A stretch of DNA of 64,000 bases from Oscillospiraceae bacterium (GTDB taxonomy: Bacteria > Bacillota > Clostridia > Oscillospirales > Oscillospiraceae). The position numbers and the translations under genes are program-made. Below are positions 1-9,352 of the stretch, piece by piece. The notes under the pieces are model-generated. The model saw nothing but the letters and a program-made list of their open reading frames with translations. It had not been told where the DNA came from and made no database searches. Location: NCBI GenBank assembly GCA_009785345.1, contig WQWL01000003.1, forward strand, positions 17,331 to 81,330, in the 5' to 3' direction. Each line of letters begins with the position of its first letter. Within the stretch, counting starts at the first letter, position 1.

Positions 1-656
1 AGGTGGTAGATTGTTGCTCCAAGACTGAAAATATCGGATAATTTCCAATCAACATCATATACATTGTGACTACCTTGAGAGTTTGTTGTAGCACTTCTGC
101 ATGCCATAAAATATTCGTACTGTTCCGGTGATGCATACCCCATGCTGCGGCTTGCTATACCGGTATTGTTTCCAATTACAAAAGCGGAATTAAAGTCAAT
201 CAAGCAAATATCATCATTTGTTGTAAGAATTATATTTGCAGGCTTAATGTCGCGATGAGAAACATCATGCTTGTGGATGGTAGTCAGAGCCAGTGCTAAT
301 TGCATGTACCACTTTAATATCTGTACTTCTGTGAACTTATGTCCACACTTCAGCAGCTTGTCAAAGCTCAACCCTTCAATGTGTTCCATAATTGTGAAAC
401 TTTGATCATCGCTAATCAGAAAGTCAATTACTTGAGGCAAATACATGCTTTTTATATTTTTTAATGCCTCTACCTCGTTGCGATGCCACGCAATTGCATC
501 TGTTGAACAACTGTCTGCTATTTTTATTACTACATACTTTCGTAATCGATTGTGCCATGCTTTATAGACAGCACAACTGCCACCGGAACCCAGCATTTCC
601 GTAATGCGATAGGTTCGGTTAATATATGAATTAGATCTAACTTGCTTCCCATACAT
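1..656 (-). CDS. Hanks-type Ser/Thr protein kinase, N-terminal ~218 aa (3' end runs off the window)
   Basis: Absent from the ORF track because it is truncated. My minus-strand translation from the ATG at 654-656 gives MYGKQVRSNSYINRTYRITEMLGSGGSCAVYKAWH..YVVIKIAD..HKHDVSHRDIKPANIILTTNDDICLIDFNSA..MGYASPEQ. That covers the Gly loop, the VxK lysine, the HRDxKxxN catalytic loop and DFG-like and APE-like motifs. The start overlaps the stop of the upstream FHA gene by 20 nt. Confidence 0.85.
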   Translation of the reverse strand, partial: MYGKQVRSNSYINRTYRITEMLGSGGSCAVYKAWHNRLRKYVVIKIADSCSTDAIAWHRNEVEALKNIKSMYLPQVIDFLISDDQSFTIMEHIEGLSFDKLLKCGHKFTEVQILKWYMQLALALTTIHKHDVSHRDIKPANIILTTNDDICLIDFNSAFVIGNNTGIASRSMGYASPEQYEYFMACRSATTNSQGSHNVYDVDWKLSDIFSLGATIYH

Positions 657-1902
657 AGTCTGCACCTGAGTTGCCGAACGATACACGACAGCCTTTTTCT
701 AAACCATGTGGTGTATTCGGAGGCAATCTTTTGTTATCAATGAAAGTGCCTGCACTTGATGATAAATCAATAATCTTGTAACCCGCACTATCGCGTTCAA
801 TTACAGCATGACGTCTGCTTACTGCCTTTGTTTTCTTTTCGAACTCAAAGCTTGACTGCCGCTTTCCAATGGCTGCATCGAAGCGACCGATTGTAAATAT
901 TTCACCCTCATCAATCGTAATCTGAATCGTCGATGGCAAATTAGCGTAACCAATATATCTGAGTTGGGGATGTTTTGGTATAATTTCATTTTGTGTTATT
1001 TCAATGATGTTGTCTTGTTCCGACGCTACAGGCACAGGTAGCGTGAACAACGGTACAATCGAAGCCTCTGGCTCATCAAAAACTTCTTGCGAAGATGCCG
1101 ACTGCGTAATGTTTTTTCTTTTGCTTTTGCTTTTCCCGCTAAATATCTTGAGCCCAACAGACTCTCTGTCTTTTTTTCTTTGTTTTGCTTTAATCTCAGG
1201 TTGAATATGGATATCAAAATCTTCATTAATATCACTTAAAGGCAAAGGATTCGCAAAACCTTGCATCTCATCAGAATCTCTTCCGTCAAGGAGTTGCTGC
1301 ACGTGTTTTTCCTGTGGCATGTTTGTTATATACACAGGATTAACAATGGTCGCATCAACGGTCTTTGATGTATGATCATTGAGCATTTGCAAAAACGCTG
1401 AAGGATTAAAATCCTTAATGATAGCTCGAAGGACTTTGTTCTCTAACGCGGCATCAGAAACTGTTATCATTTTAGATACATCTACAGCCATTTTATAGAA
1501 ATCCTCAGAATTTTGGTTTATGCTAGTCGAGGGAATATAAATATAACTAATTGTATTTTTGGTTTTGTCATAGTAGAGGTAGTCGGAATTTAGCACAAAG
1601 GAGCAGGGGTTCATAAACCAATCCTTACAGTCAAGTAATGGCATGAGTAAACTTTGCCACAGTGCTGAATACTCGTTTGGGGCAACCTCTCCGGAAAAAT
1701 ACTGCAACTTGCATTGTGTTCCAATTTTGTGCACAATTTCGATAAATTTGCCATCAGCCTTATAGTGAAATGGCACGATGAAACTTGGGCAATCTGCTTG
1801 TATAGTGTGTAGTGCATTATAATCAATTTCTTTTTCGGGTACTCTTATGACCAGAGAAGACCCAGTTAAAAAATCATTAACACTTTGAATTTCATACATC
1901 AT
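637..1902 (-). CDS. FHA-domain protein with ~300-aa N-terminal domain of unknown function
   Basis: 421-aa ORF. The C-terminal ~90 aa (FTIGRFDAAIGKRQ..VSRRHAVIERDSAGYKIIDLSSSAGTFIDNKRL..RVSFG) carries the FHA G-R / S-x-x-H / N-x pattern. A Lys/Ser-rich linker precedes it. The frame overlaps both neighbours. Confidence 0.85.
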   Translation of the reverse strand: MMYEIQSVNDFLTGSSLVIRVPEKEIDYNALHTIQADCPSFIVPFHYKADGKFIEIVHKIGTQCKLQYFSGEVAPNEYSALWQSLLMPLLDCKDWFMNPCSFVLNSDYLYYDKTKNTISYIYIPSTSINQNSEDFYKMAVDVSKMITVSDAALENKVLRAIIKDFNPSAFLQMLNDHTSKTVDATIVNPVYITNMPQEKHVQQLLDGRDSDEMQGFANPLPLSDINEDFDIHIQPEIKAKQRKKDRESVGLKIFSGKSKSKRKNITQSASSQEVFDEPEASIVPLFTLPVPVASEQDNIIEITQNEIIPKHPQLRYIGYANLPSTIQITIDEGEIFTIGRFDAAIGKRQSSFEFEKKTKAVSRRHAVIERDSAGYKIIDLSSSAGTFIDNKRLPPNTPHGLEKGCRVSFGNSGADYVWEAS

Positions 1903-3212
1903 AAACTTAAACCTTTCTTATACTCAATCAATGTTATAAATTGCCAACCTCGATCGGTTCTTACTGGTGCATTTCCACCTGAAAAGCCCTTTGCCTCAAG
2001 AAACTCTGCATTAATAACAAGATGTCCATAGAGACTTATGTACCCCCAAAAACCATCAACCTTTACCGCTGCCAAATGTTGACCAAATGATAGCGCATCA
2101 TCATATACAAATGGTATCACCTCGACACCGCTGGTATCGATAAAGCCCCATTTGCCATTCATCTTTACTGCAGCATAACCCTCTGTACCGAATGGACACG
2201 CATCCTCATAAATATCACCTATGAAATCACCGTTAACAAGTAAGTACACGTTATTTCCATCGCGTACAAACACAGCCCCCTGTGCGTAGCAACGTCCCAA
2301 TTCATCTTGTATAATTTCATCGAACTCAGGCTCAATCAGCCACCCGTTGCGAAAGTCGATAACTCCCCATTTTCCACCAACCTTTGCGGCAAGATGCCTT
2401 TCTGAATACATTCCAATATCTTCAAAAACATTTATACCAAGTTCAAAATCTCCTGATGCGCGACGCCAACCATCACTAAAACGTAGTGCCAATCGATTAT
2501 CAGAAAAATTACTGATATCAAGTACATTCTCATGAGTGATTGCAATTTTGTCGTCGTACCTGTCCACTGCAAAAGCTGCGGCACCATTCATCACGATAGC
2601 TCGATCGTTGCTGAATGTGCTGATTTTGTCGTATTTACAAGGAATAACAACTGTACCATCGGCATTCGCAATGCCCCACTTGCCGTCATTTTGCACCTGT
2701 ATTTTTTTGTCGTATATTATAGTCACATTGTCATATGATACACGGCTAATCTCAAACGCATAGCGTGAATTTTCATATAAGGTAAGAATATCTGAACTAC
2801 CTGTTTTTTCTATCCCCGCTCTCATGACTTCTAGTGCTTCTGGAGTTTTGGAGACACTAAGATAGTGATTAGCCAACTCAACAAATGTATCAGGCGATGG
2901 ATCACGTCTGTTCATCTGCTTTTCGAGTAAATTGGTGTATCTGCGAGAAAAACCCTTGTTATGCATGAGAGCCAGATAAGCTCTTTTCAATTCGCTTTCA
3001 GCGGTTGGTGTATGCGCTGCATCATATCCTGCGGCCTCTTCCAGTAGAGGCACAGCCGGACTATATATGTCGTCAGCCATAAGCACTCTAGCTTCATTTA
3101 TTAAAATTAATTGCTTCTCAGCAGTAGACTTTGAATTGACTGCAATCATCCACGCCATACCGAGCAAAGCACATAAGCCTATTCCAATAAGTATACGAGT
3201 TTTCTTTTTCAT
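1899..3212 (-). CDS. Membrane-anchored WG-repeat (KWG) protein with TPR-like N-terminal region
   Basis: 437 aa. N-terminal TM segment (ILIGIGLCALLGMAWMIAV). At least five repeats of the type GKWG[FVI]I[DN]..G..VIP..YD.I (GKWGFIDTSGVEVIPFVYDDA, GKWGVIDFRNGWLIEPEFDEI, GKWGIANADGTVVIPCKYDKI). Confidence 0.75.
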   Translation of the reverse strand: MKKKTRILIGIGLCALLGMAWMIAVNSKSTAEKQLILINEARVLMADDIYSPAVPLLEEAAGYDAAHTPTAESELKRAYLALMHNKGFSRRYTNLLEKQMNRRDPSPDTFVELANHYLSVSKTPEALEVMRAGIEKTGSSDILTLYENSRYAFEISRVSYDNVTIIYDKKIQVQNDGKWGIANADGTVVIPCKYDKISTFSNDRAIVMNGAAAFAVDRYDDKIAITHENVLDISNFSDNRLALRFSDGWRRASGDFELGINVFEDIGMYSERHLAAKVGGKWGVIDFRNGWLIEPEFDEIIQDELGRCYAQGAVFVRDGNNVYLLVNGDFIGDIYEDACPFGTEGYAAVKMNGKWGFIDTSGVEVIPFVYDDALSFGQHLAAVKVDGFWGYISLYGHLVINAEFLEAKGFSGGNAPVRTDRGWQFITLIEYKKGLSL

Positions 3213-3251
3213 ATGATTAATTTCCCTACACCATTGATGATGTGTATATCC

Positions 3252-3797
3252 TTACGCCACAAGAAGCGTAATCATTATGCCGACGAATAAGAATGGAACG
3301 AGCGGCATTTTTCCTTTACGATCAATTTTTTTGAGCAATATAAGTATCAATCCTGTTATGGCTGCGAGAATGGTTCCATATAGAATTGTTGGGAGCACCT
3401 CGGCAAATCCTAAATATAAACCTACAGCGGCCATGAATTTCACATCACCTCCGCCTAAGCCTTTTCGACTGACGAAGTATACCAAGAGAAATAATCCTCC
3501 GGCGAGCAGCAATCCAAAAATTGAGTCTGCCAGCAATCTGATTCCATGCTCTGTATTTATAAAGAGTGTGGGTACAATTATCAGTAACCAGCCGAGCATC
3601 ATTATTAATACAAGCAAATTGGGGATTCGCTTGGTTTTGATATCAAAAACCATGGCAGCGTAGCTAAAGATTATAAGTATGGAAAAATTGAGAATGTGAA
3701 ATGTTGACAACTCGCTCACCCTTATTAGAAACCAAGTAGCCATGCATATAATTAACCCGGCACTGTATAGCGCTAATCTCTTTTTATCTATGTTCAT
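3252..3797 (-). CDS. A24-family prepilin peptidase (TadV/CpaA-like)
   Basis: 181 aa and polytopic. FDIKTKRIPN and GGGDVKFMAAVGLYLG match the two Asp-containing motifs of prepilin peptidases. The gene lies within the Tad operon. Confidence 0.8.
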   Translation of the reverse strand: MNIDKKRLALYSAGLIICMATWFLIRVSELSTFHILNFSILIIFSYAAMVFDIKTKRIPNLLVLIMMLGWLLIIVPTLFINTEHGIRLLADSIFGLLLAGGLFLLVYFVSRKGLGGGDVKFMAAVGLYLGFAEVLPTILYGTILAAITGLILILLKKIDRKGKMPLVPFLFVGIMITLLVA

Positions 3798-4474
3798 TTG
3801 CTATAACCCTCTCCGCTTCCACCCAGCCATGCTTTTGTTGTGGCTGTTTGTGTTATTCTCAATGTCGGTCCAAAAGAGAATTGAATTATCCCAAAGACAT
3901 ATTCAACCTCATAATGTACGGTCAATTTAACATTACCGTCCTTGTCAACAAAGTAGCAATCCGTATAATCATAATTAAAATCCACCACCATAACACTATT
4001 CAAATATTCATCGCCCGACATAGTACCGTTTGCTAAGTACCTTCCCATTATAGGGCGTACAAGCTGTTCAACTGCCAATCCTTGCAATTGACTGACCCCA
4101 TAATTTGCAAAGCTTTGTATCATTCCTTTTGGATCACTTACTGCTAACTCTGCAGATGAGAGAATTCTTTCCCCATCGTCGATGCTAATGGTGCCTTTTG
4201 AAAGGGATTCAATTCCACTAATAACAGCATCAATGCTTTCTGCTGCTGCCTCGCCTTTTTGATCTGCTGTTATTAGTCCATCTGCAACTCCTGTTGCATG
4301 CAATACATAACCATATGTAGATAAAGTCATTGCAGTTTGTGTCAAAGCATTATGAATGCGTGCTTGCAAGGTTACTATATTCACAAGGCTCAATATTGCT
4401 ATGATAAGTAATAGAAATGGAATAAATGTTCCAACAGTTTCAACAACAATATATCCACTATCATTTTTACGCAT
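3794..4474 (-). CDS. TadE-like pseudopilin / minor pilin
   Basis: 226 aa. The N-terminus SGYIVVETVGTFIPFLLLIIAILSLV resembles the TadE-type hydrophobic segment. Operon context supports the call. Confidence 0.55.
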   Translation of the reverse strand: MRKNDSGYIVVETVGTFIPFLLLIIAILSLVNIVTLQARIHNALTQTAMTLSTYGYVLHATGVADGLITADQKGEAAAESIDAVISGIESLSKGTISIDDGERILSSAELAVSDPKGMIQSFANYGVSQLQGLAVEQLVRPIMGRYLANGTMSGDEYLNSVMVVDFNYDYTDCYFVDKDGNVKLTVHYEVEYVFGIIQFSFGPTLRITQTATTKAWLGGSGEGYSK

Positions 4475-4494
4475 TGTTACATCGCTCCTTTATG

Positions 4495-7113
4495 CTAATA
4501 TCCTCTATGGTCTGTTGTAACTATTTGAACTGTTGAAGGCATGCCTATCCCTCTTGAGTCTGAAAAATTCTGTGCAAACACCATCGAGAGAAATAACATT
4601 CGCATATCTACAGTTGTGGTTAAACTAAAATCAGTTTTCATATCAATGAGCTTGAAGTGTCCCTCGTTAGATAATGCATCAGTCATTTTCTCCTCATCAC
4701 TGAAAACTCCATTCTTATAGTTGATGACATTCCACTCAATCAAATCTGCGGTGCGTTCAGCAATTTGATTTCCCATATCTGAACTAAACAACCCTTTTGC
4801 GATGAAGAAGAACATCATATAATTCGAATATGTGAGCCCTCTATCATTTGATTGATTATTATTGGCAGAATTTGATAACATGCTATCAAGTGCGTTAACA
4901 ATGCCACTTGGGCTACATATCCACTCGCCCGACTTTGCTTTCTTTATAAGAGGAACTTTCTTTCCATTCCTAAGATTAGATACATCGATTGCGGATTCTG
5001 CTGCAACAAAAGCAAGTCGAGCCGCCTCACTTAGAATAATCGCTAAAGGTGGACACCATGCAAATGCTGCTCGTATTCCATTTACAATACTGCTTATTTC
5101 ACTCACGCTAAAGACCGTTATGTAGTTACAAATCATTCGTACGAGAAAAATGAGTCTTGTTACAGAGCTAAGATTTTTTGATGCATTATTATCACCATTG
5201 TAAATATACTCCCACTCAGACTGGAAGAAATAGTTTACCTCAGGGCTGAGGGGTACACCTGTTATAGATTTTGGAAAATCTATATCTCCTACTTCATCGC
5301 GATTTTTACCGCTAGTATCCGGTCTAGCTGTTGTATAGTTTGAAAACATTGATGTACAATATGTTAGCAGGAGCAGATAGTCTGCTGCGGCAGCTATGCT
5401 GTTGGTGGGATCGGAGAGTACGCTTGAAATTGGACTGTTTGAGGCTTGCGCAAAAATCTCGCCAGCATTTCGCATATTCATTGATTCGGAATCAGCCAAT
5501 GTGTCTCCATATACGTACATTGCACCAAGCGGATCATTCGTTAATCCAACATATGCTTCATTCACGATGTCTAGAACTTGATTGATCAAATTCTTCTGTT
5601 TTGCTTCAGCATTTTTACCACTTGCATCTTCCTGGTCATCATGTAACTTAACAGGAGGAATATCAGGCTGATTCATCATCTGTTCTAATTCCTCAAAGAA
5701 GGCTTTGTGATCATTTCCACACTCTCCAAATCGCGAAAATCCCGGTGGTATACCATATTTAAGATTATCGTTTGTGTAGCCCGCGAAAATAGCTGCACGA
5801 CTATTTTCTGCTTTAGTAGATGATGAAAGGTCAAACGCAGAATTTGTTGTGATGTTTTCCAGTTGTTCACGGGTTAGACTTGCGCCTGAGGAATTATTTC
5901 TGTTTCTATACATAACCCCTTCAAGTAAAGGCTTCATTTCATCGTCAATATACTTGTATCCATTATCTTTGTATGTATTAGCAAGACCTTCAAGGCTATC
6001 CCACTTTAAGATATCTTTGTATCTTTCAAGTATTGACTTTGGAGGCGTGCCTGTTTTTTGCGTGAGGGCTGCTTTTAATTCTTCATTGCAACCGCTGTTC
6101 ATCAACCGCTCTTCAAAATCTTCAATTTTTTGACGCAACCCAACATTCATACTATCGATTTGTTGCGCAATGCTAACTACAGTATCAAAATTTTGTTTGA
6201 ATTGTTCGCTGCGCTCTATAGCTTTATCTATTGTGACATTGATGCCTTGAGAAGAACCTCTGAATTGCCACTTCCCGTTGCTCCAGGTGTTTCCGGGACG
6301 TCCGCCTATCGTACGCAATCTTATATTTTCGAGAATAGCGTCATACTTTGCGGCTTGGTCGCTTTTTGTGTTTTCATCCTCTGCATCTTCCCATGCTTTA
6401 TAGCATGCTTTGAGGCTGATGAATTCTTGACGTATATCAGTTAAACTTCCGGATACAGTTCCTACCGTACCGCCAGAGAGTGGACCGAATTGATTGCACT
6501 TATCTGCCTCTATAATTGCGTTGTATAGCTCTTTATATTTTTCATATAGTTCTGCAATGGCGTTTTCGATTTCAAGTTTCTCAGATATGATAGCGGAGTC
6601 TTCCTTATATGTGTTTGAGTTATCCGAACTAAGAGCTTCAATCAAGTCTTGTACTATAATTACAGGACCGCGAAATTTCATGTACTCTTCAATTTGTCTT
6701 CGCAATACATCTTCGTTGCGAAGATTCTTTTCTTCAGCAAAGAGCGGGTCATCGAGAGAGATATTACTTCCGTAAAACAACTGCAGAGTACCAAGTGATC
6801 TATCTTGTTTAGAGCCACCGAATATAGAGACTTCGATATAATCATTTAGCAAACGCCCCAAAACAGGGTCATCTTTAGCTACTCCAAACACACCATACAG
6901 GTCTTTAAGTAGAGCATTATATTGAGTTAAAACAGAATTTGCAGCCAGTTGATTTGCATCTTGCACAATACTGCGTGCTGTGTGCATCCGTGCCAGGTCA
7001 ACAGCTGTTCCACTTACTAGAATAGCCGGTATAAGAAGTAACGTAACGAATACTGTTACCGCACCTTTTGTATTTCTAATGAACCCTCGCATACTCATGA
7101 CCATGCCTTTCAA
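4495..7113 (-). CDS. Large TadG-like pilus-associated protein (872 aa)
   Basis: The N-terminus KGAVTVFVTLLLIPAILVSGTAVDLARMHTARS..QLAANS fits the TadG/TadE-G-like N-terminal motif. The rest has no recognisable domain: coiled-coil-like stretches and C-terminal hydrophobic segments. The exact start among several N-terminal Met codons is uncertain. Confidence 0.6.
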   Translation of the reverse strand: MKGMVMSMRGFIRNTKGAVTVFVTLLLIPAILVSGTAVDLARMHTARSIVQDANQLAANSVLTQYNALLKDLYGVFGVAKDDPVLGRLLNDYIEVSIFGGSKQDRSLGTLQLFYGSNISLDDPLFAEEKNLRNEDVLRRQIEEYMKFRGPVIIVQDLIEALSSDNSNTYKEDSAIISEKLEIENAIAELYEKYKELYNAIIEADKCNQFGPLSGGTVGTVSGSLTDIRQEFISLKACYKAWEDAEDENTKSDQAAKYDAILENIRLRTIGGRPGNTWSNGKWQFRGSSQGINVTIDKAIERSEQFKQNFDTVVSIAQQIDSMNVGLRQKIEDFEERLMNSGCNEELKAALTQKTGTPPKSILERYKDILKWDSLEGLANTYKDNGYKYIDDEMKPLLEGVMYRNRNNSSGASLTREQLENITTNSAFDLSSSTKAENSRAAIFAGYTNDNLKYGIPPGFSRFGECGNDHKAFFEELEQMMNQPDIPPVKLHDDQEDASGKNAEAKQKNLINQVLDIVNEAYVGLTNDPLGAMYVYGDTLADSESMNMRNAGEIFAQASNSPISSVLSDPTNSIAAAADYLLLLTYCTSMFSNYTTARPDTSGKNRDEVGDIDFPKSITGVPLSPEVNYFFQSEWEYIYNGDNNASKNLSSVTRLIFLVRMICNYITVFSVSEISSIVNGIRAAFAWCPPLAIILSEAARLAFVAAESAIDVSNLRNGKKVPLIKKAKSGEWICSPSGIVNALDSMLSNSANNNQSNDRGLTYSNYMMFFFIAKGLFSSDMGNQIAERTADLIEWNVINYKNGVFSDEEKMTDALSNEGHFKLIDMKTDFSLTTTVDMRMLFLSMVFAQNFSDSRGIGMPSTVQIVTTDHRGY

Positions 7114-7135
7114 TAATTGTTAATGTAAAACATTT

Positions 7136-7828
7136 TTACCAACCTAATAAATTTGAAACTTTTTTGCCAAATGAGCTGATGGTGTCAGTTATTTCGTGTA
7201 AGTCATATTTGTCGATGATAAAATCTAAAAAGTCGCTTGCCATGTCTACATTGCGAATAAACTCATCTCCATCCGGCACAATTGCAACCGATGTCGCAGT
7301 CAATGATATTTTTTCAGGAAACCCAATGAATGACAGGTTTACCGGCATTGTGATTTCCTTCGTTGCTGTCACAACAGCTTCTTTGTATAAGAGTCTATTT
7401 ATGATATAGCTTTCTGTAACTTTAAGATTCCCTGCTCTTGAACCGAGACCTTTTTTTTCAAATTCAATGACAATCGCCTCTCCTTTTTCGTGTAAACCTT
7501 CATTATTCGTAAAGAATGAAACATACACATTTGGGAGATTGCTTCTGTTATTTTCTCGATTATATGTAAAGCTGTCTTCATCGAAGAAAAGCCAAGTGTC
7601 GCTTTCTTCTGTAGCCAGTGCTGTAGCTGCATACTGTGTTGCTCGCTGCAAAACGGCTTGTGTAGGCAAGTACATTGCAATCAGCACTAGTGCTGCAAAA
7701 ATCATGATCATTATGGGAAAGAGTATTGTTGCTTCTACTACAGCATCTCCGGAGGTGTCCCTTGCAATATGAGATGCAACTCGTGATAAATGGCTATTCT
7801 TTTCGATATTTTCACATGATTTTTGCAT
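7136..7828 (-). CDS. TadE-like pseudopilin
   Basis: 230 aa. SGDAVVEATILFPIMIMIFAALVLIAMY matches the TadE N-terminal motif (xxVEfalxxPxxxxxxf). Confidence 0.65.
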   Translation of the reverse strand: MQKSCENIEKNSHLSRVASHIARDTSGDAVVEATILFPIMIMIFAALVLIAMYLPTQAVLQRATQYAATALATEESDTWLFFDEDSFTYNRENNRSNLPNVYVSFFTNNEGLHEKGEAIVIEFEKKGLGSRAGNLKVTESYIINRLLYKEAVVTATKEITMPVNLSFIGFPEKISLTATSVAIVPDGDEFIRNVDMASDFLDFIIDKYDLHEITDTISSFGKKVSNLLGW

Positions 7829-7857
7829 TTGTTTGTTACCTCACTTGATTTCCGGTG

Positions 7858-8079
7858 TTATCCTAAGTCGGCTGCACTTCCTACTATTCTTTCCCATAAT
7901 TCATTCAACCAGTCGCCGAGTAGGAGCCAAATCAATACTACTGCTAATACTGCAACCAATATAAGCAGTATTGCTACGACTACGCCGGATAATCCACGCT
8001 GGTCGTTCTTAAATGTACACCATACTTCAGTAATCTTTTGTTGTACATTGCGAGGAAATTCTTTTATTCTATTCCACAT
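7858..8079 (-). CDS. Candidate Tad-type major pilin (atypical Flp-like prepilin)
   Basis: 73 aa. A charged leader ends in ..KNDQRG and is followed by a 25-aa hydrophobic helix (LSGVVVAILLILVAVLAVVLIWLLLG). Strong SD (AAGGAG, 8 nt) before the ATG. It sits between tadC and tadE-like genes, where flp genes normally lie. It lacks the canonical G/xxxxEY motif. Confidence 0.5.
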   Translation of the reverse strand: MWNRIKEFPRNVQQKITEVWCTFKNDQRGLSGVVVAILLILVAVLAVVLIWLLLGDWLNELWERIVGSAADLG

Positions 8080-8145
8080 TTTTCTTTCTCCTTATTGAAC
8101 ATTAATATTTTATTTCGCTAATACAAAGCGTGATAAACGAAGTTG

Positions 8146-9213
8146 TTAGATTCCTGAGAAGTTCATTGCTATTGGTACCATGAGCATTACGAGGATGGCT
8201 AGAAAGAGTAGCATAGTAGGTATCATGAGTTTTGAGTTTGCTTTTTCTGCATCGCGTTTTGCTGTGTGCCTACGTTCTTGCCATGCTTCTCTTGCCATGT
8301 CTTTTAGTAGTTTTCCTATCTCTGCATTCCCTTTTGAAAGGTTTTGCATGATTGCTGATGCAAGCTTTGCACTTTCCTTTGTATTGCAACGATTAATAAA
8401 GTTACTGTATGCAGATTCAGGGCTAACTAAATTGTCGAGTTCTTCTGAAGTTTTTTGCATCTCCTTATATAGCTCTGTTTCTTGGCTATATGCTGTTTCT
8501 TTCCACGCTCTTTCCATAATCATGCCGGAGGTAACGAGGAGTGCCAGCTTAGATACTACATTGGGAAATTGTTTGCTTATTGCTTTTCGACGCTTTTTAA
8601 CTAAATCATTAAGCTCGTCATACATCGCATAAACAAGTGTTAGCATTAACATGAGACCAATTGCGATAACTGACATGCCTATTGTTGAGCCACTTACACC
8701 AAGTATTATCACGCCGAGTATTAAGATGCAGGCTATACCGATTAGAGGAAGCGATAATATTTGTGCAAGGAGTTTCTTCGCTTTGCACGTTGCATATTTT
8801 TTGCCGTGCATTTCATAACATCTCGTTAGTATCAGTTTGTGAATCTCGCCTTTTCCAATTGCAACGAATTCGCGTTGTAGTACATACCCGGGCATCAAGA
8901 ATATATTTATGCATTTGATATTGCCTATTTGTAAATCGGCTACATCTTTTTCTAGCCTTATGATATTTTTTGTTATGCTGTCATGTGTTGATTTTTCGAC
9001 AAGAGATTGTATTGCTCCAAAATATCCGGCTAGCCTTCTGCTTGATTTATTACTTTTTGCATGCAGTTTTTTTATTGCATAACGATTGTCATAAATCTTT
9101 GCATGCACCGCATGTACCCAGTCCTCTTTTGCCACTCTCCCAAGTAATAAAAGCCAGCCGATTAGTAGCAAAGAAGCGATAATCAATATGATAATAAGCA
9201 TAGATATGACCAT
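8146..9213 (-). CDS. tadC: TadC-like type II secretion system F-family membrane protein
   Basis: 355 aa with N-terminal, central and C-terminal TM segments and a soluble helical region in between. The position after tadB fits. The start may instead be the in-frame ATG at 9201 (M5), which has better spacing from the GAAAGGA SD. Confidence 0.65.
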   Translation of the reverse strand: MVISMLIIILIIASLLLIGWLLLLGRVAKEDWVHAVHAKIYDNRYAIKKLHAKSNKSSRRLAGYFGAIQSLVEKSTHDSITKNIIRLEKDVADLQIGNIKCINIFLMPGYVLQREFVAIGKGEIHKLILTRCYEMHGKKYATCKAKKLLAQILSLPLIGIACILILGVIILGVSGSTIGMSVIAIGLMLMLTLVYAMYDELNDLVKKRRKAISKQFPNVVSKLALLVTSGMIMERAWKETAYSQETELYKEMQKTSEELDNLVSPESAYSNFINRCNTKESAKLASAIMQNLSKGNAEIGKLLKDMAREAWQERRHTAKRDAEKANSKLMIPTMLLFLAILVMLMVPIAMNFSGI

Positions 9214-9275
9214 TCCTTTCGAAACGCTCTGTCACAAAATAACCATGAATAAGGGATGGTCATTTCGTGCATTAA
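9195..9275 (-). repeat. Leader repeat family B, copy 1 (SD-sequestering hairpin in front of tadC)
   Basis: About 80% identical over ~85 nt to 36985..37063 when read on the opposite strand. The 5' arm ATGACCATCCCTT (9263..9251) pairs 12/13 with AAGGAATGGTCAT (9218..9206), which contains the SD and the first ATG of tadC. It fills an otherwise unusual 139-nt tadB-tadC gap. Confidence 0.7.
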
Positions 9276-9352
9276 TTTGCGGTTTCCCGCAGGGAGAGCA
9301 AATTGGCACATTTAAAGTTTGAATTTTATTCAAACTTACGACCGTTCCTTTC

